From the IMG/VR virus record IMGVR_UViG_3300020055_000004: DNA of 64,000 nt. One strand, given 5' to 3'. The DNA comes from a virus. The position numbers and the translations under genes are program-made. The notes below the pieces were generated by a model. The model saw only the letters and a program-made list of their open reading frames with translations, ran no database searches and was not told where the DNA came from. Each line of letters opens with the position of its first letter. Positions within the stretch are counted from its first letter, which is position 1. Of this stretch, positions 56,201 through 64,000 are shown piece after piece.

Positions 56201-58483
56201 TCGTCCAATACACTAAACTTCGATGATGATAACTTCGCTACATTTGGTACAGGTGGAGATTTAAGCGTTTATCATGATGCAAATAATTCATACATTGAGA
56301 ATATTACTGGTGAATTATATATTCAAGGCGATGGTATTACAATTAGAAGTCATACTGGCACTGAAGAATTTATAACTGCAGACGTAGGCGGCGCTGTCAC
56401 TTTATATTGGGATGATGCAATAAAGCTTCAAACAAATACAAATGGTATTGAAGTTACAGGTCAAGTCATTGCATCAACAGGTTTTGTTACATATAATGAT
56501 CAAAAGATTGAGATGGGTGGTACTAATTATGCAGATGCCCATATTTTCGAAATTTATACAGATGGTTCTAATAGCTATATTACAGAAACCGGTGGCGGCG
56601 ACTTAAATGTTCAGGCCAATAATCTTATTTTAGAAGCTACAGATGGAACAGATTATTTTGTAGCTACGAGTGGTGCAAATACTACTATTCATCATGGCGA
56701 CGGTACACAAATTCTAGAAATAAGAACTGACGGCGTCGACATTGAAGGCGAAGCTAATACTGATACGTTGCGTGTTCAAGGTAATGCTAAATTTGAAGGT
56801 ACAGACGATACAATTTACCTTGAGTGGTTGGCAGGCACTAAAGTACTTGATTTTAACGATGATGTAAAAGCTAGATTTGGCGATAATCATGACCTAGAAA
56901 TCTATAGCGACGGTTCGATTTCACATATCTTAGAAAGTGGTAGTGGTAATTTAGTTATTGAAGGTACAAATTTAACACTAAGAGCCACAGATGATACTAA
57001 TTATATGGCTGCTACAGACGGTGGCAGTGTACAATTGTACTACGCAGGCGAAGGTGCGAATAACATAGTACGAGTTTCTACGACTAATCTTGGTGTAGAT
57101 ATTGAAGGTGAAGCCAATACTGATACATTAAAAGTTCAAGGCGATGCAGCATTCCAAAATGGTGGAAATGATGAAATAAATTGGGAAGCTACTAATAATA
57201 TTCTAAATTTCAATGATGGTGTAAAAGCTACATTTGGTACTGATGATGATTTAGAAATTTACTTTGACGCTACAGGCAACAATTCAATAATTCGCGAAAC
57301 TGGCGGCGGCGATTTATATCTTCAAGCTAATGGTATGATACTTGAAGATACATCCGGTAATAATTATGTTGATATGGTAGCTGGTGGTGCGGTTTCTTTA
57401 TATCACAATGGTGCTACAAAATTAGCCACAAAGTCGACAGGTGTAGGAGTAACTGGACAATTAGATGTATCTACAAATATTGTAGCTGATGGTAATCTTA
57501 CTGTAAAAGGTAATACAACACTTGGTGATGCTAATACTGATACTATTGATGCAGTGGCCGAATTTGTAAGTAATTTAATACCTGAAGCAAATACCACATA
57601 TAATATTGGTAGCAGTGATAATAAATGGAATGATTTGCATCTAGATGGAGCCATGAATTCAGGCTCAATTCAAACTGGAATAATTGCCGGTGGCAATACT
57701 ACAATTACCGGCGACGTTGATGCAACTACATTTACTGGTAATGGCGCTGCGATTACCAATTTAAATGCATCCAATATTGATGCTGGTACAATTGGTGATG
57801 ATTATTTGCCTGATGAAATTTCATCCGATATTACCGGTACTGCAGCTCAAGCAAATACAGTTGAAATTCATACTTCTACAGACGATCAAGAATTTAGAGT
57901 AGCATTTACTGCCAATACTGCTGATTATCATGATATATATGCAGATTCTGGTTTATTATATAATCCAGTAGATAAGATACTATATGCTGACAATCTGACG
58001 GTCAATACAAATATTACTTTACCATCAGAAGTAACTTTAGCATTAGCAAATGTTACTGATCTTGAAGTGTCGAATACAGCAACAATTCTCAATCTAGAAG
58101 TAACATCGCTTGAAGCCAATGGCGTAGCATTTACCGGTACAGGTGGAGATGTAACTAGTAATGTAGCAACGCTTATCGATACTTTCCCAATCGAGCAAAC
58201 TCGTGGATTTAAATACTTTGTTCATGGTGAAGTTACCAACGATGATACTAAAGGATATGCAGTTGAGATCAATGTTATAACAACTGATACTGGTGCTGAT
58301 ACAAAGATTTTCTACACTCGATATGGTGAAGTAGAGAGTGGTATGGCAGATGTTAATTTAGTACCACAACTCGCTGCAAATAATACTCATATCGATTTAA
58401 TGGCCACGTGCGACTCTGCAACGGCTACTGATATTCATAGATTTAATGTACTTAAAATTGAAACAAGGGATAATGGTGTATAA
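53219..58483 (+). CDS. Long tail fibre-like protein with tandem internal repeats
   Basis: N-terminal DSFSDWLQKTN attachment motif; repeated D..K..FG...DL.IY.DG.NSYI.E modules. Confidence 0.75.
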   Translation: MALLSGFDQIDPANDSFSDWLQKTNEMLLIIRGNTVPGTTQAMTANSLPGGSMTWGNATLFGQFTANTMVVLNDGGNDGSDDNVFANGSFGGLRGGNWDPATNNISADTLYVVSNTTFTDEGNVVYVDTMYGLQVEANTELRHDVLFVGNGGTAVNPKLKWEDADNILSFNDNVRAVFGKDSGSEVVGGTGQAEFLFVDADSRMYVNTENMNIRANTDVNFITDNFELKSDIGSELYISADVADNSTVKLYYEGNLRLSTNTHGVVVDGDTIIKDDIVMFDTGRIMMGGTYPYDGTQDIATYNFQIYTDGTDGIIVSGDKDLNIFVHEGFNLTNEPGTINFITANNDGSSEVVLYNNGDARLETTGTQLGEVPGVEVFGEANTTTLRVREDANFDGFGGLNSNNVHWDASANTWNYRDATKITLGDSDDWEMFYTAAGRAYSNTDNQDIRARVDLNIISDIVEIKSELGSELYMSADVADNSTVKLYYEGNVRLSTNTHGIVVDGDTIVKDNVVVFDNNKILMGGTYPYTGAEDIADYNFQIYTDGTDGIIVSGDKDLNIFVHEGFNLTNEPGTISFITANNDGSSEVVLYNGGVARLETTGTQLGEVPGVEIHGEANTDTLRVTEDANFDGSGGLDSNNVHWDASANTWNYRDATKITLGDSDDWEMFYLAAGRAYSNTDNMDIRARTDMNMITDTFELKSESGAELYMSANVADNSTVRLYYEGSERLQTNTHGVEVTGELVANGGIVTYNDQPIEMGGANYAAAHNFTIVTDGTDTTITETANDLFVRVQDNFRVTDDTGVTSLIVANTSGEVTLYHNNNQKLQTNNYGIEVTGEANTGTLRVRTDANFDGTDANGDILLDSNNMSWDGSANTLYLKDSSPIVIGDGGDLSIYHDGTNSYIEEANTGSLIIEGTNLVLRATDDSRYLEGIDGTGTRLYSPDDTIALVANNNQIHITDLANTSTLRVRSTSLFEGSIDIEGSTSVNTLTWTKSSNTLNFDDDNFATFGTGGDLSVYHDANNSYIENITGELYIQGDGITIRSHTGTEEFITADVGGAVTLYWDDAIKLQTNTNGIEVTGQVIASTGFVTYNDQKIEMGGTNYADAHIFEIYTDGSNSYITETGGGDLNVQANNLILEATDGTDYFVATSGANTTIHHGDGTQILEIRTDGVDIEGEANTDTLRVQGNAKFEGTDDTIYLEWLAGTKVLDFNDDVKARFGDNHDLEIYSDGSISHILESGSGNLVIEGTNLTLRATDDTNYMAATDGGSVQLYYAGEGANNIVRVSTTNLGVDIEGEANTDTLKVQGDAAFQNGGNDEINWEATNNILNFNDGVKATFGTDDDLEIYFDATGNNSIIRETGGGDLYLQANGMILEDTSGNNYVDMVAGGAVSLYHNGATKLATKSTGVGVTGQLDVSTNIVADGNLTVKGNTTLGDANTDTIDAVAEFVSNLIPEANTTYNIGSSDNKWNDLHLDGAMNSGSIQTGIIAGGNTTITGDVDATTFTGNGAAITNLNASNIDAGTIGDDYLPDEISSDITGTAAQANTVEIHTSTDDQEFRVAFTANTADYHDIYADSGLLYNPVDKILYADNLTVNTNITLPSEVTLALANVTDLEVSNTATILNLEVTSLEANGVAFTGTGGDVTSNVATLIDTFPIEQTRGFKYFVHGEVTNDDTKGYAVEINVITTDTGADTKIFYTRYGEVESGMADVNLVPQLAANNTHIDLMATCDSATATDIHRFNVLKIETRDNGV
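53830..55500 (+). repeat. 708-bp (236-aa) tandem repeat in the fibre gene, about 2.3 copies (boundaries approximate)
   Basis: [DN]VADNSTV anchors at 53939, 54647 and 55355 (708-bp period). Confidence 0.85.
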
Positions 58484-58896
58484 TGGCAAATGTAATCTAT
58501 GATAAATACAAAGAAGCATTGATTAGTGCTAGTAATGATGTTGCTCTCAATGCAGGTAATTTAAAAGTATCACTTATAGATTCTGATGTAACTATGTTTG
58601 GATCTACAGATGAATTTTATGCTGATCTTAATTCGTCAGCTGGAGTGGCAGCTACAGTGACATTAACAAATGTTACAGTAACTAATGGTGTACTAGATGC
58701 AGATGACGTTGTTTTCGAAAGTGTGGCAAATACAACACCCGAGTCAGAAGCACTTTTATTTTGGATTGATACTACTAACACTGCTACTTCACGATTAGTA
58801 GCGTGGCTTGATACAAATATAGACGGGTTTCCGATTACGCCAGATGGTTCTAACGTAGATATTACGTGGAGTACTTCAGGCATTTTCAAATTATAG
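58483..58896 (+). CDS. Tail-associated structural protein
   Basis: LKVSLID...GVLDADDVVF...PITPDGSNVDITW..GIFKL; within the tail module. Confidence 0.6.
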   Translation: MANVIYDKYKEALISASNDVALNAGNLKVSLIDSDVTMFGSTDEFYADLNSSAGVAATVTLTNVTVTNGVLDADDVVFESVANTTPESEALLFWIDTTNTATSRLVAWLDTNIDGFPITPDGSNVDITWSTSGIFKL

Positions 58897-58906
58897 AGAG
58901 AAGTAA

Positions 58907-60085
58907 ATGACTGCTACCTCACAAAAATTTGACACATTAGACGGGTTAGTTGTTACTGGCTCAATGGAGGTTGGTGCCAATTTAGCAGTTGACACCAATG
59001 TCTTATTCGTTGATACCGTAAACAATCGGGTCGGCATAAACGATTCATCACCATCATATCCGCTTGATGTAGTTGGCACTGCACAAATTACAGGTGGCTT
59101 ATATATTGGCACCAATATTACTCACGTCGGCGACACTGATACCACGATCGGATTCTCGAACAATCAAATTGATATTACAGCTGGCAATGCAAATATAGCA
59201 AGTGCTAATACTACTATGCTATCAATTAATGCTGGTGATGGTATACAAGTAAGAGGTGTTAGTCCTACTAGTACATTTGCTACAAATACAGAAAAAGCTG
59301 ATGGCGGCATTGGTGTTAATTCTATAAACACATCAATGATACTATCACAAGATGATACTGCCACTGGTATTATTTTTGGTGCTTTGACGAACGATGATGT
59401 ACCAGATCCTAATTTTGGTGGTACTTGGTCAAGCACATCAGCTGATGAAATATCGATAATTATTGGTGATCGAAGACGGGCATATTTTGATAACGACGGT
59501 CTTCATTTTTCTAACCTCTCGGCATCTGATAACACAATTGATGGTGTTGATAATGTAGAGATTCTTAGTAGTATTACTCATAGCGGCGATGTTGCAACAA
59601 AATTAGAATTTGATGCTACTGCATCTATAAGATTGGTATCAAATGGATCTGAAAGATTAAAAGTTAATGCTACACAAACATATATTAGTGGTGATTTAGA
59701 TGTAACAACTGACATCATGGCGCGCCGTATTCAAGTAGAAGATTATTTTAAGGAAACTGTAGTAGCTGCATCAACAGGAAATTCAGTAAACATAAACGTA
59801 AATTCTGGTTCGGTATATACATTTACGCCAAATGCTAACTATTCGGTTGATTTTACAAATTTCCCAACGGCAGCTGGTGAAGCTGCAGCGTTTACTTTAG
59901 TCATAGATAACAATGGCACCGCAAGAGAAGCTACGTGGCCAGGGGAACTAGAAGGAGATGCTATATATTGGGCAGAATCAGTAGAACCTCCATCGTCATC
60001 TGGAATTGACATATATAATTTTGTAGTAATTGCTGGTAAAATATATGGTTCATTATCAATTCGAAATGCTGGTTGGGCACAGTAA
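58907..60085 (+). CDS. Tail fibre-like protein
   Basis: LAVDTNVLFVDTVNNRVGI...P.YPLDV.G; C-terminal FTNFP...FTLVI...W...GIDIYNF domain. Confidence 0.7.
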   Translation: MTATSQKFDTLDGLVVTGSMEVGANLAVDTNVLFVDTVNNRVGINDSSPSYPLDVVGTAQITGGLYIGTNITHVGDTDTTIGFSNNQIDITAGNANIASANTTMLSINAGDGIQVRGVSPTSTFATNTEKADGGIGVNSINTSMILSQDDTATGIIFGALTNDDVPDPNFGGTWSSTSADEISIIIGDRRRAYFDNDGLHFSNLSASDNTIDGVDNVEILSSITHSGDVATKLEFDATASIRLVSNGSERLKVNATQTYISGDLDVTTDIMARRIQVEDYFKETVVAASTGNSVNINVNSGSVYTFTPNANYSVDFTNFPTAAGEAAAFTLVIDNNGTAREATWPGELEGDAIYWAESVEPPSSSGIDIYNFVVIAGKIYGSLSIRNAGWAQ

Positions 60086-60100
60086 TAAAGAGGATGTAAT

Positions 60101-62449
60101 ATGCCAATAGGAGGCGGAAAAAGTTTTCTAGATAGAACGTGGGCTGCCACTTTTTCTGAAACTAGATATAAAGAAGCAACGTCAGGTACAACTGATGCTA
60201 CTCCTATCTCTATTCCTTATGGTCGTCAAATCATTGAGATTGAGGCTAGAGGTGGTGGTGCTAGTGCTCCAACATTAAAAGCAGCATATAGTACAACTAA
60301 AGCAGTTTATCAAACTAATGCAATTACTAATTATCCATCACGATTGCAGAAGGCTGCCTATCAGAATCAAACAAACTATCCTTCTAGATTACAGAAAGCT
60401 GCTTATCAGATTCAAACCAATTTTCCTTCTCGGTTGCAAAAATCTGCTTACCAAAATCAAACTAATTATCCTTCTCGGTTGCAAAAAGCTGCCTATCAGA
60501 ATCAAACCAATTATCCTTCTCGGTTGCAAAAATCTGCTTACCAAAATCAAACTAATTATCCTAGTAGACAGCAGAAGGCCGCCTATAGTGTTATCACTAA
60601 TTACCCTAGTAGAGAACAAAAAGCTGCTTACCAAAATCAAACCGATTATCCTAGCAGACAGGTGAAAGCTGCCTATAGTGTTATCACTAATTATCCTAGT
60701 AGAGAACAAAAAGCTGCTTACCAAAATCAAACGGATTACCCTAGTAGACAGCAGAAGGCCGCTTACCAAAATCAAACCGATTATCCTAGTAGACAACAAA
60801 AGGCCGCCTATAGTGTTATCACTAATTACCCTAGCAGACAGCAAAAAGCTGCTTACCAAAATCAAACGGATTATCCTAGTAGACAGGTGAAAGCTGCCTA
60901 TAGTGTTATCACTAATTACCCTAGCAGACAGGCGAAGGCTGCCTATAGTGTTATCACTAATTATCCTGGCAGACTGCAAAAATCTGCCTATAGTGTTATC
61001 ACTAATTATCCTAGTAGACAGCAGAAGGCTGCCTATCAAAATCAAACCGATTATCCTAGTAGACAGGTGAAAGCTGCCTATCAAGATCAAACAGATTATC
61101 CTAGTAGACAGGTGAAAGGTGCCTATAGTGTTATCACTAATTACCCTAGCAGACAGCAAAAGGGTGCTTATTCTAATGTTGCTAACTTCCCAGCAAGGAC
61201 CACTTCTTTTACTCAAGCAGCTTATTCTTCAGGTTATACTTTCGGGCAGGTATTTTTTCCGACCTATCAAACATTTACTGCTACAGCGTATTACCCGTCG
61301 CGAGTTGTATATTCGGGAAAAGCTGCTTATTCACAAACAACAAACTATCCTGCTAGAAATAATCCAGCATACCAAAATCAAACTGATTATCCTGCTAGAA
61401 ATCAAGCAGCATATTCAGTTGTAACAACCTATCCTGCTAGAAACAAAGCAGCATATTCGGTTATAACAAACTATCCTGCTAGAAACAATCCGGCATACCA
61501 AAATCAAACTGATTATCCTGCTAGAAATAATCCAGCATACCAAAATCAAACTGATTATCCTGCTAGAAATAATCCAGCATACCAAAATCAAACAGATTAT
61601 CCTGCTAGAAATCAAGCAGCATATTCTGTTGTAACAAATTATCCTGCTAGAAATAATCCAGCATACCAAAATCAAACTGATTATCCTGTTAGAAATAATC
61701 CAGCATATTCGGTTGTAACAAACTATCCGTTGCGTAATAATCCAGCATATTCAGTTGTAACAAACTATCCTGTTAGAAACAATCCGGCATATCAAAATCA
61801 AACAGATTATCCTGCTAGAAATCAAGCAGCATATTCTGTTGTAACAAATTATCCATTGCGTAATAATCCAGCTTATTCGGTTGTAACAAACTATCCTGTT
61901 AGAAACAATCCGGCTTATTCTGTTGTAACAAACTATCCATCACGTAATCAGCCGGCTTATTCAGTTGTAACAAATTATCCATTGCGTAATAATCCAGCAT
62001 ATGCGGTTGCAACATATTATCCATTGCGTAATAATCCAGCATATTCTGTTGTAACAAACTATCCTGCTAGAAATAATCCAGCATACCAAGTTGTAACAAA
62101 TTATCCATCACGCAATCAGCCGGCATATTCGGTAACTAATGTTACTAATTATCCTTCTCGTGTAACTAATTATCCAGCAAGAACTACACTCGGGCTTGCT
62201 GGTGATGACACAACAGTTCAATGGACAACTCCTGATGGTACTCCTGTTAGTGTAACTGCGCCGGGTGCTGCACCTAATGTTACAAATTATGTTACGGCTG
62301 CAGCAACAGCAACATATGTACAAATTACTAATCCAAATGAAGTCGATGGTATAGATGGTACAGACTTATCGGTAAGTGTTGGTAATTCCCCAGCTGGTAA
62401 TAATAATGCTACTAATAGAGGATATATAAATATAAAATACAGTGGTTAA
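60101..62449 (+). CDS. Putative virion fibre/appendage: glycine-rich-domain halves enclosing a mirror-ordered repeat hairpin
   Basis: N-terminal IPYG..IIEIEARGGG and C-terminal GYINIKY halves flank about 40 Tyr/Pro-rich repeats. Confidence 0.7.
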   Translation: MPIGGGKSFLDRTWAATFSETRYKEATSGTTDATPISIPYGRQIIEIEARGGGASAPTLKAAYSTTKAVYQTNAITNYPSRLQKAAYQNQTNYPSRLQKAAYQIQTNFPSRLQKSAYQNQTNYPSRLQKAAYQNQTNYPSRLQKSAYQNQTNYPSRQQKAAYSVITNYPSREQKAAYQNQTDYPSRQVKAAYSVITNYPSREQKAAYQNQTDYPSRQQKAAYQNQTDYPSRQQKAAYSVITNYPSRQQKAAYQNQTDYPSRQVKAAYSVITNYPSRQAKAAYSVITNYPGRLQKSAYSVITNYPSRQQKAAYQNQTDYPSRQVKAAYQDQTDYPSRQVKGAYSVITNYPSRQQKGAYSNVANFPARTTSFTQAAYSSGYTFGQVFFPTYQTFTATAYYPSRVVYSGKAAYSQTTNYPARNNPAYQNQTDYPARNQAAYSVVTTYPARNKAAYSVITNYPARNNPAYQNQTDYPARNNPAYQNQTDYPARNNPAYQNQTDYPARNQAAYSVVTNYPARNNPAYQNQTDYPVRNNPAYSVVTNYPLRNNPAYSVVTNYPVRNNPAYQNQTDYPARNQAAYSVVTNYPLRNNPAYSVVTNYPVRNNPAYSVVTNYPSRNQPAYSVVTNYPLRNNPAYAVATYYPLRNNPAYSVVTNYPARNNPAYQVVTNYPSRNQPAYSVTNVTNYPSRVTNYPARTTLGLAGDDTTVQWTTPDGTPVSVTAPGAAPNVTNYVTAAATATYVQITNPNEVDGIDGTDLSVSVGNSPAGNNNATNRGYINIKYSG
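60350..61159 (+). repeat. Arm 1: 18 tandem 45-bp (15-aa) repeats K[AGS]AY(QNQT[ND]|SVITN)YPSRxx
   Basis: Units counted directly; unit 1 at 60350, unit 18 at 61115. Confidence 0.95.
61319..62116 (+). repeat. Arm 2: 19 tandem 42-bp (14-aa) repeats [NQK][PA]AY(QNQTD|SVVTN)YPxRN
   Basis: Units counted directly; first at 61319, last regular unit at 62075. Confidence 0.95.
62425..62432 (+). promoter_or_regulatory. T4 late promoter TATAAATA
   Basis: Exact consensus about 30 nt upstream of the 2OG oxygenase start. Confidence 0.55.
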
Positions 62450-62464
62450 CAAGGTAATTATATT

Positions 62465-63079
62465 ATGCATGAAATTGAGAAGTTGACTCCCGGTCATAAT
62501 CTCCAGCGATTTGGTGTTTATGAAAATGTATTTGATGAAGATGAAATTAATAAAATTAGATTTTTTAAAAAAATTATTAATTTCGAATCTGGTGAAACAT
62601 ATTCTGAACGATCTGAAGGTAAAAAAGTACCTGATTCTACAGATAAAGTTCGGGATTGCAAAGTAGCAAGCCTTCATAGAGAACAAAATACAAATATAGT
62701 CTATGAAAAAATTGGTCATTTAGTTGGCAGAGCTAACTATGATCATTTTCTTTATCCAATTATAGGTATGGAAGATATTCAATATGTTATCTACGACGGG
62801 CCAGGCACTAAATATGATCCACATACAGACGTTCTATTACAAGGCTATAGACCAAAAGATAGAAGAATTTCTGGTATTGTTATGCTATCTGATCCTGAAG
62901 ACTATGAAGGTGGTGAATTAACTATAGATTTAGATGGAAATGGCCATTTATATCCAATTGAATTGAAGAAAGGTGCTGTCGTGTTTTTTGACAGTCATAT
63001 GTTACACCAAGTTACTCCACTTATATCTGGCAATAGAGAAACGCTAGTGTTTTGGGTTTGGGGAGATAGTCAAATATAA
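62465..63079 (+). CDS. 2OG-Fe(II) oxygenase (prolyl-hydroxylase-like)
   Basis: YDPHTD, RRISGIVMLSDPEDYEGGEL, FDSHMLHQVTP and RETLVFW motifs. Confidence 0.9.
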   Translation: MHEIEKLTPGHNLQRFGVYENVFDEDEINKIRFFKKIINFESGETYSERSEGKKVPDSTDKVRDCKVASLHREQNTNIVYEKIGHLVGRANYDHFLYPIIGMEDIQYVIYDGPGTKYDPHTDVLLQGYRPKDRRISGIVMLSDPEDYEGGELTIDLDGNGHLYPIELKKGAVVFFDSHMLHQVTPLISGNRETLVFWVWGDSQI

Positions 63080-63783
63080 TGTTTTTTAATAACGATAAAA
63101 TTGAATTTATTATTGAACCAGAATTGCATGAAGTTTTACCTGAGCCAGTACCTGCAAATAAACACATTCCGGAATGGTTTAGAAAGATTCCTTTAAAAAC
63201 TGAGCAAAGAACGAATACTATGCCGGGTGCCACGGCAAAAAAATGTTTGCCTATGTTGGATGCTATGACGCTTGGTTATATTGTGCCTCTTCAAGGCGAT
63301 GTTCATGTTATTACTAATGACGATTGTAGTGTATTATCTGCAGAACATATGCAAGATAGTACTTTACCATTTGTTGAAAGACATTCGTTTAGTCAACTTA
63401 AATCAACTGGTTGGAAAACTGGAAAACAAGATCCTTTAAAGTTTATAAATTATTATGGAATTAAAACTCCGCCTGGATGGTCGTGTTTATTTCAACCACT
63501 ACCTAGTGTCTGGAATTTACCATATACAGTTTTAAGTGGTGTTGTTGATACTGATCAATATCATAGTCCAGTTAATTTTCCAGTAATTTGGCATCAACCA
63601 AATTTTGATGATACACTACTCGCAGGTATGCCATTAGTACATGTCGTGCCATTTAAAAGACAAAAGCATAAACACATTATTAGACCTATGAATGAAAAAG
63701 AATGCAAACAGCGAGATAAACTTAATGTTGCAAATCGAACACGATTAGGAACTTATACAAAAGAATTGCGTGAAATAAGATGA
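63079..63783 (+). CDS. Conserved phage protein (KKCLP..D....GY...TPPGWS...SGVVDTD; possible dUTPase-like fold)
   Basis: Motif family often found beside 2OG oxygenases in aquatic phages; TAATG coupling. Confidence 0.65.
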   Translation: MFFNNDKIEFIIEPELHEVLPEPVPANKHIPEWFRKIPLKTEQRTNTMPGATAKKCLPMLDAMTLGYIVPLQGDVHVITNDDCSVLSAEHMQDSTLPFVERHSFSQLKSTGWKTGKQDPLKFINYYGIKTPPGWSCLFQPLPSVWNLPYTVLSGVVDTDQYHSPVNFPVIWHQPNFDDTLLAGMPLVHVVPFKRQKHKHIIRPMNEKECKQRDKLNVANRTRLGTYTKELREIR

Positions 63784-64000
63784 TTGAAAATAATGTAGAA
63801 TTTTATGATATGGATGGCACATATTATAAATTGCATCCAATTCAAAAAGCGCGAACCTTTAATGCCTGTCCTCATAAAGCCGTGCAAAAAGAAAAATTTG
63901 GGAAAGAAAAATTTAATGATTGCCCCGGTATTGTAGATTATAAAAATCTAGGATGGATTTTGACAGCGTGGGATGAGATTCAGGTATTTAATGATGGTCC
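63780..64000 (+). CDS. Partial paralog of the preceding protein (3'-truncated)
   Basis: MIENNVEFY...DCPGIVDYKNLGWILTAWDE; ATGA overlap. Confidence 0.65.
   Translation, partial: MIENNVEFYDMDGTYYKLHPIQKARTFNACPHKAVQKEKFGKEKFNDCPGIVDYKNLGWILTAWDEIQVFNDG

Noticed and set aside
60389-61216. 275-aa antisense ORF and alternate-frame ORFs over the repeat gene
   Set aside because: Expected shadow of a stop-free in-frame repeat; no RBS or independent support
60350-62116. 45-bp and 42-bp arrays as a CRISPR array or DGR template/variable repeats
   Set aside because: Units are in-frame coding repeats with synonymous variation and no unique spacers; no cas operon, reverse transcriptase or adenine-specific mismatch pattern is seen
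1-64000. tRNA or rRNA genes, integrase/att sites, photosynthesis genes
   Set aside because: None recognised by eye; intergenic gaps are short and explained by promoters or terminators. tRNAscan and Infernal were not run

Overview
This window is a 64-kb segment of a large T4-like (Tevenvirinae/Kyanoviridae-style, probably aquatic) myovirus genome; it contains no cellular chromosome sequence. From left to right it holds: putative internal head proteins; primase gp61; class Ia NrdA/NrdB; nucleotide-metabolism and auxiliary genes (dCMP deaminase, glutaredoxin, RNase H, PhoH, exonuclease); scattered modification enzymes (FkbM methyltransferase, GT4, NDP-sugar dehydratase, radical SAM, three 2OG-Fe(II) oxygenases); an early small-ORF cluster behind IHF-like boxes; gp33/gp59/gp32; a minus-strand block gp4-gp2-tail tube initiator-gp26-gp51-like-gp29-like; and a plus-strand baseplate/tail module (gp48, gp53, gp27-like, gp5, PAAR, gp25, gp6, gp7, gp8, DUF4815 proteins, fibres). 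Three observations stand out. (1) A 782-aa fibre-like protein (60101-62449) has two repeat arms in mirror-complementary order around a central tip, with 17 of 18 Q-type/S-type unit pairs complementary, suggesting a giant self-zipping beta-hairpin; it sits next to a prolyl-hydroxylase-like gene. (2) A candidate programmed -1 frameshift (internal SD, U7 slippery site, downstream stem) would fuse gp26 to a start-less gp51-like ORF directly upstream of the tape-measure-like gene. (3) A Hint/BIL domain that probably cannot splice ends a DUF4815 virion protein after a proline-rich tether. Product calls come from motif recognition and synteny only; no database searches were run.
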